From: a virus
Virus record (IMG/VR): IMGVR_UViG_3300032770_000014
Span: 1 to 64,000 of that record
Length of the DNA stretch: 64,000 nucleotides
Direction: 5' to 3' (one strand)
Shown: piece after piece, positions 9,419 to 18,464 of the stretch
Numbering within the stretch: position 1 is the first letter of the stretch
Layout: the number at the start of each line of letters is the position of its first letter
Position numbers and translations under genes: made by a program
Notes under the pieces: generated by a model
What the model was told of the DNA's origin: nothing
Seen by the model: the letters and a program-made list of their open reading frames with translations, nothing else
The model's database searches: none

Positions 9419-10256
9419 ACCGGGAGGCTTGTTGGAAAAAGTAGGCGAGTAGGTCTTGTAGGCCAAGTGCCTTGAATGAATCTACTACGGCTTGGTATTT
9501 GGAAGCATTTTCAGGAAAGTTCAATCTAGAAAACTCTCTAAAGTGCAGGACAGTAACAATGTCTCTAACTATGGCTGCGGTCTCCTTTTCCTTATATCTG
9601 CCAAGGAACATCTTCTTTCCGTCAACACAAATCTGTGCTTTCCACTTTCTAGTCAGTGTTTTACCTTTTTTGGATAGTATCCATCTATCATTGTTGCGTA
9701 GCTGCGATACACCAATGAACCCCGAAGTGCTATCCTTTCGCAATCCTCTATTTCTGGAATTTTCCTTGGCGTTTGCAAACCTCAGATTGCTCATGCAGTT
9801 GTTGAGTCCATTGCCATCGATGTGATCGACTTGGCGAGTCTCAGTACCCATCAGGAACTGGTGAAGTGTGATGTGGCTTTGCCCTGTCTTGGAATATGGT
9901 CTATAGCTACCAGATGCCGCGTAGAACCCGCACTTTGTATTGTTTTTTACTGCGTACCAGTTTAGAGCGATCGCTTCTGCATATCGGGACTTGTCTACAA
10001 CAGTGACTTGGTTTTGGGTAAGAGCGATAAGACGAATATCTGGATCGTCTGGCTGAACTATTGCGGGTCGAAGAACTGCTCTCGTAGTCACCACTCGTCG
10101 AACTGGCCTTGGTAGTCTTTTGTGGCAATCAAGGCAATGTAGCGCGTGTGGGCTTTTGCGGTTGTGACACGCAGGGCAATAAGAAATTTCACATGGATAT
10201 GCATGAGTTGTATACTTGCGTTGCGGCTGGGCTGTCTGTTCTCGCAGACTGCTCAT
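9411..10256 (-). mobile_element. Free-standing HNH-AP2 homing endonuclease gene
   Basis: VDHIDGNGLNNCMSNLR HNH motif, AP2 domain SGFIGVS..WKAQI..LGRY, AT-rich, antisense to operon. Confidence 0.9.
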
Positions 10257-10308
10257 CGGTCACCTCCGATGGGCGCGGGTCTGGCCGCGCTTCCTTTTAT
10301 TCTATACC

Positions 10309-10331
10309 TACCGTTGGACTTGCGCTAGACT
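10309..10331 (+). promoter_or_regulatory. Putative late promoter (TACCG-N12-TAGACT)
   Basis: Repeated motif between HNH gene and tail gene. Confidence 0.55.
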
Positions 10332-10361
10332 GTTGCCGATTCATGCAGGATGGAGGCGAGA

Positions 10362-13300
10362 GTGGCTGAGAACAAGAATTACGAGTCTAAGCCATTTGTT
10401 TATAGTTCTAGGGGATTGGGTGCCCGCTGGGAGGTTGATAGAGTTCCGGAGGGATATTATTTACAGAATCTGAATTGTTTTGAGCGCAGCGAGAATTCCC
10501 TCAGCAGTCGGTATGGAACTTCTATCATTGATCGCGATCCGTATGGTACGCCAAACCCCCAAAATTACTTTTTCTCGGCAGAGGTAACATCTCTTGCACG
10601 ACTTGTATACCAGTCGAACTCGTTCCGCTATGCTGGTCTTGCCGATGGCACGTTGTGGCGGCGTACAGGGGATGCTCAAGGGCCGTACACGCAAATTTAT
10701 TCAGGACTCTCTGGTAATTCTTTTGAAACAATTGTGTCTAGTTGTTATGAGACATCTCAGGCGTTTATTTTTATAGCTGATGCTCTAGCCTCTATTAAGG
10801 ACATGGGAACCGGAACTCCGCAACTCTGGGGGATTGATCCTCCTTCCTACACTCTGAACGTTCAGCCATACGCGCCGCTGCTGACCATGATCGACTCGTT
10901 CTCAGCCTCTAACACCTATGCCACGACAGGGGTGACAAGCTGGGAGTGGGTGGACATCGAAACGCTGACTGTCAACTCTGGGCAACTCGTGACGGATTTC
11001 AGCGAGTTCTTCAGCCTTGGGTACGGCGGGGGGTCGCCATCGACGCGGTATCCGACCAGTGGAAGTCTGGGAACAGGCACAATAACCGCTGCTGCTCTTC
11101 CAGGCGAGGTGACCACAAAATACTCAAGCGCGATCAGCGGGTTCGCCTCTGTGCCTCTGAGCGCAGTGGATGAAGTCACTCTGTATGTGACGCTGGAAGG
11201 CAGCTTGTCCTTTCCCATACCCGGTGTGCCGCCCCCCTACGGATCAGGATTCATTGGATTTCAGTACAGCGTGGATGGCGGGGTCACTTGGCAACCGCCT
11301 TCAGGGGATGGCTACACTTTCGTAAGCAAGGACAACACTACTACCCAGACGCTTTCCCCGACAGTGGTCACATTCGCTGTTCAGACGTCGAATCTCAGCT
11401 TGGTGCAATTGAGATCAATGGCTATCGCGACGAACCCAGCAACAGCATTCGCTGTCAACGCTACCAGCACCATTGCTTCCGTTTATGCCGTGGTCTCTAC
11501 GCAGGGCGGCACTGGGTCCGTAGCGGCGGGTATGGTCTCGCTCTTGAACAGCAACGTTCCCGTCTACGTCCCTATCGCGCAAGTGACCGCGACCAACTAT
11601 GTCGGCGACCTGTACACCGCCCTGCTAGTACAGACCACCGCGCCTCACAACCTCTCTGCCTCGGACACGATGGCGATCTACGCCTCCTCGAACGATCTGG
11701 TGGACGGGTTCTACCAAGTCTCCTCCATAACTGCTTCCAACTCCTTCCTCATTCCATTTGAGTCCGCGGTCGAGATTGGAGCGACAGGAGGCTATCTTAC
11801 CTACGCGACCTCGGCCAGCAACACTTACTCTTCCATTCCCAATGCCTGCGTAGTAAACAATTTCTACAGCCTTTCAATCTCGCAGATGTCGGCATGGGGA
11901 TTCAATGAGTGGGTTCCACCAACCGTGACCTCCTTCCCGTTCGGCTGCTGGAGCGGCGAGGTCACTGGGGCCAGTGCGACCGGGACGGTTGGCAACACCG
12001 TTGCGCTCGACCTGAGCCTGAACGACCAAGTAACCGACAGCGACCTTATTGTTCTCACTCTCGCTGTCTCGGAGCCGCAGAACGTCGAGCAGATCCAGTT
12101 ACAATTTTTTGTTGGAGATGGAACAGACAATTATTATTCCGCGTTCATTTCTCCAGCCTATTACCAAGGCTCACTGGTCGGGCAAGAGACTGCTTACGAC
12201 GCAACGCAGAACCAGATTCTCGCCGATGCGCTGGGCCTGATCACCGGTCAGACTCCGGGCACCACCGCTGCCCAACTTCAGCCTACGAACATCTCTACCG
12301 GCGCTGGATCGTGGCAGGCCTGTCTAATTCCCCGCGGCAATTTCCTGCCTGTGGGACTGGCGGGCACGGCGGGCCTCGACTGGTCGAACATCACCAGTTG
12401 GCAACTGACGGTCACGACCAACGCCAATACCACTCCCTCGGCCGGAGTCACATTCTCCTGCAACGGCCTCTACCTGCAGTGGGGCTACGGACCGTCCTCC
12501 TTTGCTGGCGTGGGCTACGACTGGCGACAGACTTACTACAACGCTAACACCGGGACCGAATCGTCTCCTTCACCTGAGATGCAGTACAACCAGCAATACG
12601 GCTATCTCGCTTCCACCACCGCGCCGTTCTTCCTGCGCCAGGCTGCGCAGGTCACTGGCCAGTACTCCTCCGATCCCCAAGTCACCCATGTCCGGCTGTA
12701 TCGCCGCGGGGGGATTCTGGCCTCGAACTGGTTCCAGTCAGTTCAAGCGCCGAACATAACCGGGGGCGGTCAGTTCCTCCTCAAGGATGTAATCGGGGAT
12801 GCCTATCTTGAACAGGCCCAACCTCTAGCTCTGGATAACGATCCTCCGGTCACGTCGAACCTCGTTACGCCGATCCAGACTACTCTAGCGGCCGGGACCA
12901 CGCTCTCCAGCCTTAGCTCGATCTACTCAACCTTCTTCCCGCAGATTGTGACCGTCACCCAGTCCGACGCCGTGTTTGTGCCGAACATGCTGGCCGAGAT
13001 CGGCAACGCGAACAATCTGGAAGTGGTGGCGGTTATTGTCGGTGGGACAGGCCAGTTCACTGCCATTCTTCGTCTCGAACATAATCAGGGTGAGCCGGTC
13101 AGCGTTCAGGCTACCCCCCGCCAAGCCTGCTCCCTCTGCGCGCTCTCGAACCAGGGCGGCGTGACCCAAGTCTGGCTGGCGGGCGACCCGAACAATCCGC
13201 ACTATCTCTACTACTCGAAGCCGGGCTACCCGGAGAATTTCTCTCCTGCCAATTACATTGCTGTCTCCGCGCCCGACGATCCGATTATGGCCGTCATTAA

Positions 13301-14531
13301 CTGGCGCGGGACGATCGTGGTCGGGACGACGAAGACTTGGTACATCATCGTTGGAGGCGCGAAACCGTACCCGCAGCCAACTGGCGCCGCGCACGGAATG
13401 GCATCCTCCTCATGGACTCTGGTCGAGGGCGAGATTATCTATCTTTCCCAAGACGGTCTCCGTGCCTTCTCCGGTGCCGACGGCCAGTACATGACCCTCC
13501 CTGTCGAGTGGATGTTCCGTGCCAGCCCGGCGACGATCGTGCCCAAGCTGAATCCTGACAGCTACTCCTCGACGGTCCTTTGCCAGTACCAGAACCAAGT
13601 CTACTTCGGGTTCACCTCAGCCTCAAACTCAGTCAGCACGGGCAACGGCGCGATCTATCGTCTGCGCTTCGACTCTGAGTACAAGCGGTTCGGCCTCGAT
13701 GACGTTCCCGCGACGGCGATGCTCTGGGAGCAGGATACCAACGCCTTACTAGTCGGGAAACAGATCAGTGCGACCGCTTATGCCGTCGTCCAAGACTGGG
13801 TAGGCGACTATGACGACGGCGGCTGGAACGCAGAAGGGACCGCGCTGATCCAGACTCCGATTCACCTCATCTCGCAGACTCCTTATCATGACCTCGGCAA
13901 GCCGCACTTTCCGAAGCAGTGGAACATGCTGGAGGGGGACTACAACACCGAGGGCCAGGACATCACGACAACCCTCTGGTTCAACACGGAGCCGACGACC
14001 TCGCTTGCTCTGCCCTCAGCCAACACGGGAACGCAGCGGCAGAAGGTCCAGTACCAGATCCCCTCCACCACCGCCTCCAACTCTCAAGGCGTTCAAGCCT
14101 ACGCAATGTCCATCCAGCACGACATGTACGTGACCGTGGCACCGACCTTCTATCAGGAGGACATGTATGCGGTCGTGCTGGCGGATTATCGGACCTCGTG
14201 GGACACCTACTGGCAGGGCACAGAGGGCGACCTGCTCGGCATCGAGCCCAAGAACGTCTACTGCGACTACACGGCTACTGCGCAACTGGTTGTCTCGATC
14301 TTCGCCGACGGCAACGACGCGACCCCTTACTATATCGACGACTTCACGCTGATCCCGCAGGCGAACCGGTCGGTGGTCCGGGTCCAGCTTCCAGCGCGGA
14401 AGGGACGCCTGTGGCGGATTATCATCACCAGCAGTCAGCCGTTCCAGCTCTGGGCACCGGTTCGGGTAGAGGTCAAGCAACTCCAAGAAGGTTCCGGGTT
14501 TGAGGAAAGGGCATTCCCGGTCTACCAATAG
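10362..14531 (+). CDS. Large tail protein (nozzle/stabilisation protein-like) with inserted domains
   Basis: GTG start after GGAGG; beta-propeller-type motifs (YLYYSKPGYPENF, IIYLSQDGLRAFSG), TESSPSP motif; position between adaptors and ejection genes. Confidence 0.65.
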   Translation: MAENKNYESKPFVYSSRGLGARWEVDRVPEGYYLQNLNCFERSENSLSSRYGTSIIDRDPYGTPNPQNYFFSAEVTSLARLVYQSNSFRYAGLADGTLWRRTGDAQGPYTQIYSGLSGNSFETIVSSCYETSQAFIFIADALASIKDMGTGTPQLWGIDPPSYTLNVQPYAPLLTMIDSFSASNTYATTGVTSWEWVDIETLTVNSGQLVTDFSEFFSLGYGGGSPSTRYPTSGSLGTGTITAAALPGEVTTKYSSAISGFASVPLSAVDEVTLYVTLEGSLSFPIPGVPPPYGSGFIGFQYSVDGGVTWQPPSGDGYTFVSKDNTTTQTLSPTVVTFAVQTSNLSLVQLRSMAIATNPATAFAVNATSTIASVYAVVSTQGGTGSVAAGMVSLLNSNVPVYVPIAQVTATNYVGDLYTALLVQTTAPHNLSASDTMAIYASSNDLVDGFYQVSSITASNSFLIPFESAVEIGATGGYLTYATSASNTYSSIPNACVVNNFYSLSISQMSAWGFNEWVPPTVTSFPFGCWSGEVTGASATGTVGNTVALDLSLNDQVTDSDLIVLTLAVSEPQNVEQIQLQFFVGDGTDNYYSAFISPAYYQGSLVGQETAYDATQNQILADALGLITGQTPGTTAAQLQPTNISTGAGSWQACLIPRGNFLPVGLAGTAGLDWSNITSWQLTVTTNANTTPSAGVTFSCNGLYLQWGYGPSSFAGVGYDWRQTYYNANTGTESSPSPEMQYNQQYGYLASTTAPFFLRQAAQVTGQYSSDPQVTHVRLYRRGGILASNWFQSVQAPNITGGGQFLLKDVIGDAYLEQAQPLALDNDPPVTSNLVTPIQTTLAAGTTLSSLSSIYSTFFPQIVTVTQSDAVFVPNMLAEIGNANNLEVVAVIVGGTGQFTAILRLEHNQGEPVSVQATPRQACSLCALSNQGGVTQVWLAGDPNNPHYLYYSKPGYPENFSPANYIAVSAPDDPIMAVINWRGTIVVGTTKTWYIIVGGAKPYPQPTGAAHGMASSSWTLVEGEIIYLSQDGLRAFSGADGQYMTLPVEWMFRASPATIVPKLNPDSYSSTVLCQYQNQVYFGFTSASNSVSTGNGAIYRLRFDSEYKRFGLDDVPATAMLWEQDTNALLVGKQISATAYAVVQDWVGDYDDGGWNAEGTALIQTPIHLISQTPYHDLGKPHFPKQWNMLEGDYNTEGQDITTTLWFNTEPTTSLALPSANTGTQRQKVQYQIPSTTASNSQGVQAYAMSIQHDMYVTVAPTFYQEDMYAVVLADYRTSWDTYWQGTEGDLLGIEPKNVYCDYTATAQLVVSIFADGNDATPYYIDDFTLIPQANRSVVRVQLPARKGRLWRIIITSSQPFQLWAPVRVEVKQLQEGSGFEERAFPVYQ

Positions 14532-14533
14532 CC

Positions 14534-14857
14534 ATGAGCGCCTCTCTTACTCTCGTCACCTCAGTTCACGCCACGGTCACTCGGCGGCGGCTGGCTTACT
14601 CTCTCCCGCTGAGGCTTTCTCCCCTGCTGCGGCATGTCCTCGCTACCGCCTCCCCCCGGCTCGACGGGCAACCCAATCTCCTGCCTGACTTCATTCCAGA
14701 ACGCTGTTGCGGAAATCTGTTCTCCTGCCACTCGGCGGTCAGGTGGCGGGTGGGGGACGGGAGGAACAAGGTGTTCTTCTGTCAGGATTGCTTCGAGCGG
14801 CTGTGGGAGGCAGGGTTCGATGTGCAGGATTTCGTTGTGGAGCGGTACCGGCTCTAA
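14534..14857 (+). CDS. Hypothetical protein, Cys-rich
   Basis: ORF directly after tail gene; CC..C..CQDC. Confidence 0.45.
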   Translation: MSASLTLVTSVHATVTRRRLAYSLPLRLSPLLRHVLATASPRLDGQPNLLPDFIPERCCGNLFSCHSAVRWRVGDGRNKVFFCQDCFERLWEAGFDVQDFVVERYRL

Positions 14858-14944
14858 CCCCCAAAGATTTCTCTTGCTTTTCCTAAATGATTTCATGTAA
14901 TCTTCCATCGTGTACCTAGGCACCAACCCCCAAGGAGATTTCCG

Positions 14945-15325
14945 ATGTCCGAGCCCGACCAGAATGAAGAGAACAAGCCAGTAGCCGTCATGCCTGCCCC
15001 CACCCCCACTCCTGCCGCAGCCTCCCCCCGTAAATCCCTGCTGACGGAAACCTTCGAGATCATGCCTAACCCGTCCGTTGACGAGATCATCCGTACGATG
15101 GCACGGATGGCCAACTTCTGCAATCTCTACGCCGCCGAGGCTCTGCGCGCACGGGTCGTGACTGCCGCCAACCCCTGCGTGATGGCCCTGATGAACGTAG
15201 CGGCCAACCTCGAACAAGGAGCGCAGGCACAGCGGCAGCAACTGGCAATGGCTGCGGCCGGGCAGTTCGTCGGCGGACCGCCGCCGGGCGGAGGCATGCC
15301 GGGGACGCCGTTCAGGATGAATTGA
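14945..15325 (+). CDS. Hypothetical protein
   Basis: AAGGAG RBS, 126 aa. Confidence 0.6.
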   Translation: MSEPDQNEENKPVAVMPAPTPTPAAASPRKSLLTETFEIMPNPSVDEIIRTMARMANFCNLYAAEALRARVVTAANPCVMALMNVAANLEQGAQAQRQQLAMAAAGQFVGGPPPGGGMPGTPFRMN

Positions 15326-15336
15326 AGGAAGGGCAA

Positions 15337-15471
15337 ATGATTTCTGATCGTACTGCCACCGATCTTTTTGTTATCTTTGCGGCAATATATTGCTTGTTTT
15401 GTGGTTACTTACTCGGCTGGGTGTGTTGCTTGGAAGCCATTAGGAGTGGTAAATGGAAGATGAGGAAGTAG
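15337..15471 (+). CDS. Small membrane protein (44 aa)
   Basis: MISDRTATDLFVIFAAIYCLFCGYLLGWVCC.. one hydrophobic helix, AT-rich. Confidence 0.45.
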   Translation: MISDRTATDLFVIFAAIYCLFCGYLLGWVCCLEAIRSGKWKMRK

Positions 15472-15689
15472 TTAATATGAAACCTGATCGTACACCAACA
15501 GAGGTTTTGGTACAAATGATGGAAGAGTTCGGCAAGGACGAGCCGGCCGAACTTCTCATTTGTTACAGAGGGCATGCCGGGCAATTTTGCTGGGACTGTT
15601 CAAGCTCAAACTATGTGTCACAGTTGGGACTGGCTCACATGACTATTATAGCCATTGAAAATGATCTCAAGAAGGCGCAGAGGGCTTGA
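15453..15689 (+). CDS. Hypothetical protein
   Basis: AGGAG RBS, AT-rich 78 aa ORF. Confidence 0.55.
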   Translation: MEDEEVVNMKPDRTPTEVLVQMMEEFGKDEPAELLICYRGHAGQFCWDCSSSNYVSQLGLAHMTIIAIENDLKKAQRA

Positions 15690-15699
15690 ATTGAGGCAG

Positions 15700-15978
15700 A
15701 TGGGAACTATGCCAGATCGCAGAAATAAACATCCCAAGCGCACCCCAATACCGGCGAAAAAAGACGACGATGATCTGCGTAATTTTGTAGAGGGGACGAT
15801 TAGAGGATATGCCGTACAGGGTTTTGACAGGTTTCTTGTCAGGATCACGAAAAAGATCAAAGATGGCGTGTTCCCTGTAGGCGTCAAGCACGATCCTACC
15901 CTAGAAGTCAAAATAGAGATAGTGGACTTCGTGGATGGGGAGGTTGACATTCTTGTGGGTAAGTCATCCAAACAGTAA
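15700..15978 (+). CDS. Hypothetical protein
   Basis: GAGG RBS, AT-rich ORF. Confidence 0.5.
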   Translation: MGTMPDRRNKHPKRTPIPAKKDDDDLRNFVEGTIRGYAVQGFDRFLVRITKKIKDGVFPVGVKHDPTLEVKIEIVDFVDGEVDILVGKSSKQ

Positions 15979-16002
15979 TGCCGATGTATTTCCAGACGGC
16001 CA

Positions 16003-16806
16003 ATGACTATCGACGAGATTCTCTTGCAACCCGATGCGACCTTAGATGATCCAGTTGGGTTATGCGCAAGGGGAGAGTTCCGCTGGGGTCCGCTGCAAGC
16101 TATCCTCTACGACCCACACCGTGCCGACATCTTCCCGCAACCTTTCATCTACACGCTCTATGAACGCAGTCGGCTCTCCGGCCAACGCCATCCCAAGCCG
16201 CTGGACCTCGACAATCGCGCCACCTTGGGATCACTCATCCCACTGTTCTGCGGTATGACCAATCTCGGACCAGATGCCGTCTGCAAGTACTTGGCCGAGC
16301 GTGCGGTCTGTGTCGTGGGAGAGTGGCGCAAGGAATCAGCCATCGAGTACGTCGGGGAGGAGAGTCGTCTGGAAGCCACCGTAGTCGATAAGGACGTCTT
16401 CTGGCCTCTTGGCTACTGCTTCCCCTCCACCCCTGTCACCATCTCCCCCCTCTCCCTGACTGGCATCCCCTCCAACTCAGTCTTCGCCGGCTACACCATC
16501 TTCTCGGAAATCTGGCGCAAGCCTCAGCAGACCGTCCTGATGTATCTGGGCTTGGCTTGGCTGTTCCATACCTTCAAGCTGGTCGCGCTGCACGGGAGCC
16601 GGTACGTCACGAATCATCTGACCGCCCGGTGGACCCAGCAATTCGGATTCCGCGATTGTGGTACGCTGCCTTGCTGCATGAACGGCGAACCGGGTGGGGA
16701 GCTGGTGCCGGGGGTGTTCTCGACGTTGCTGCGGAAGGACTTCGAGGAGAAATTGCGGGAAGTGCTGGCGAGGGCGAGGGAGATGGCTATCCCGACTTCC
16801 TTCTAG
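16003..16806 (+). CDS. GNAT-fold protein (RimJ/RimL-like pattern; podoviral assembly-factor position)
   Basis: EIWRK..LAWLFHTFKLVALHG..NHLTARWTQQFGFRDCG pattern; precedes ejection proteins as T7 gp13/P22 gp14 do. Confidence 0.6.
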   Translation: MTIDEILLQPDATLDDPVGLCARGEFRWGPLQAILYDPHRADIFPQPFIYTLYERSRLSGQRHPKPLDLDNRATLGSLIPLFCGMTNLGPDAVCKYLAERAVCVVGEWRKESAIEYVGEESRLEATVVDKDVFWPLGYCFPSTPVTISPLSLTGIPSNSVFAGYTIFSEIWRKPQQTVLMYLGLAWLFHTFKLVALHGSRYVTNHLTARWTQQFGFRDCGTLPCCMNGEPGGELVPGVFSTLLRKDFEEKLREVLARAREMAIPTSF

Positions 16807-16809
16807 CCT

Positions 16810-16832
16810 TACCGCCCCGATTGGTATACCCT
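16810..16832 (+). promoter_or_regulatory. Putative late promoter (TACCG-N12-TACCCT)
   Basis: Repeated motif; shares CTAGCCTTACCGC with the copy near 5063. Confidence 0.6.
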
Positions 16833-16840
16833 TGTCGCCG

Positions 16841-17869
16841 ATGGGCTCCCTTTCCCAAATCGTGCCGGTTCCCCTCTGGCTGTCGCCTTCGGCGGTACGA
16901 ATGCTTCCTGCTGAATCCACGAAGGTTCGGCCTTATGGGGTGATCTACAAGATTACGAATCTGGTGAATGGGAAGATTTATGTGGGAAAGACGAAACGGA
17001 AGTATCCTACAGCACGCTGGCAGGAACACAAAAAGTGTGCGATAGAATACAACGGCCACCCGCGAGGAAAGACCTACTTCTATAATGCTCTTCGTAAGTA
17101 CGGTGTTGAAAACTTTCGTTTCGAGGTCATCGACCAAGCCTTTGCTAATTCTGAACTTCTTGCTAAGGAGATGTACTGGATAGCTACCCTACAAAGTACG
17201 AATCGTTGCGTTGGTTATAACAGTACCTACGGCGGCGAGAGCGGCATTCCAACTCCTGAGACGCTGGAAAAGATGCGCGGACGCCCTTGTCGCCCTGAAA
17301 CTAGGGCCAAGATCAGCGCAGCGCAAAAAGGCAAGAAGCAGCCTGTCACTGAAGCTGTACTCGCAGCATGGGCGGCACGTAAAGGTAAGACCCCAACTCC
17401 AAAGATGGCAGAACACTTTGCTCGGATGCGGACACATCCTATTGGCCTCGGAACCAAACGCACAGAAGAACAAAGGCAGCATATGCGCGAAGGTATTTGT
17501 CGATCATGGACCTCTGAGCGTCGCGCAAAAGCATCAGAAAAAGCCAAGATAAGGATGGCAGGAAAACCTTGTCCCTATATCCCAACTACTGAAGAGCGAA
17601 AACGGTTGGGCGCACTTCAAAGACTACGTTGGGAGTCCATGTCTCCAGAACAAAAGACAGCAGAAAAGCTTAAGATGTCCCTTGCACGAAAAGGGAAGAA
17701 GCAGAAACCAGAAGCTGTAGCAAAGCGCGCAGCGTCAATTAAGGCTATATGGACTCCAGAACGTCGCGCAGCATGGGCAGAACGTATGCGTCAAAGCGGC
17801 GTGGTTAAGAACATTCGACAAGCAGGACGTGCACCTTGGTCACGTCGTTTTGAGAAGGAGGTTGCATAA
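16841..17869 (+). mobile_element. Free-standing GIY-YIG homing endonuclease with NUMOD3 repeats
   Basis: GVIYKITNLVNGKIYVG..R..EH..KYG..GYN motif; ETRAKISAAQKGK repeats; AT-rich; start codon uncertain. Confidence 0.9.
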
Positions 17870-18432
17870 TGGGCGGCGGATCAAAGGGTGGAAACGCTAC
17901 AGCCGAGAATGCCCAGACAGGCTTAGCTCAGCAACTTACTACCTTACTTGGACAACAACAAGGGGAAAGCTCTCAACTTTTTAATTTAGCCTTCCCTGCG
18001 ATGTCCCAAGCGACCGATTTTTATTCGGGATTGGCAAGTGGTTCCCCCGACATCATCTCCCGGCTCATCGCCCCCGCCGCACAGCAGGTCAGCCAAGCCA
18101 CGGCCGGGGCCAAGCAGAACATCCTCCAGACCTCGCCAGCGGGAGGGGAGCGGAACTTGGCTCTCAGTCAGGCAGATGTCAACCAGGGAGCGCAACTGGG
18201 CGCGCTGGCCAGCCAAGGCTTCACTAGCGCGTTCAATAATTTGGCGCAGCTTGGCACTTCCGGTGTGGGACAGGGAATGAGCGCGGCAGGCACGGCCATC
18301 GGTGCGGGTCAGGCAGCCGGCAACCAGTGGTCCCAGATCGTGCAGGAAAACATCGCGCAGAAGGGTGCCAGCCTCGGAGCGTTCGGACAGTTGGCCGGAG
18401 CAGGGGCATACTTAGGAGCGGCGTTTGTGTAA
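17869..18432 (+). CDS. Internal virion/DNA ejection protein (small)
   Basis: MGGGSKGG start, Gln/Ala/Gly-rich, hydrophobic Gly-rich C-terminus, AAGGAGG RBS. Confidence 0.6.
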   Translation: MGGGSKGGNATAENAQTGLAQQLTTLLGQQQGESSQLFNLAFPAMSQATDFYSGLASGSPDIISRLIAPAAQQVSQATAGAKQNILQTSPAGGERNLALSQADVNQGAQLGALASQGFTSAFNNLAQLGTSGVGQGMSAAGTAIGAGQAAGNQWSQIVQENIAQKGASLGAFGQLAGAGAYLGAAFV

Positions 18433-18464
18433 CGGATAGGGCAGGGGGCAGGAGAATAGACAGC

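Noticed and set aside
9361-10361. Group I intron carrying the HNH gene (also considered for the other three endonucleases)
   Set aside because: No room for a ribozyme core: ORFs abut or overlap neighbours, and target termini are duplicated rather than interrupted
14846-14868. Seventh copy of the late motif (TACCG-N12-AAAGAT); TTACCG pair near 50500
   Set aside because: Downstream hexamer does not match T(A/T)nnCT
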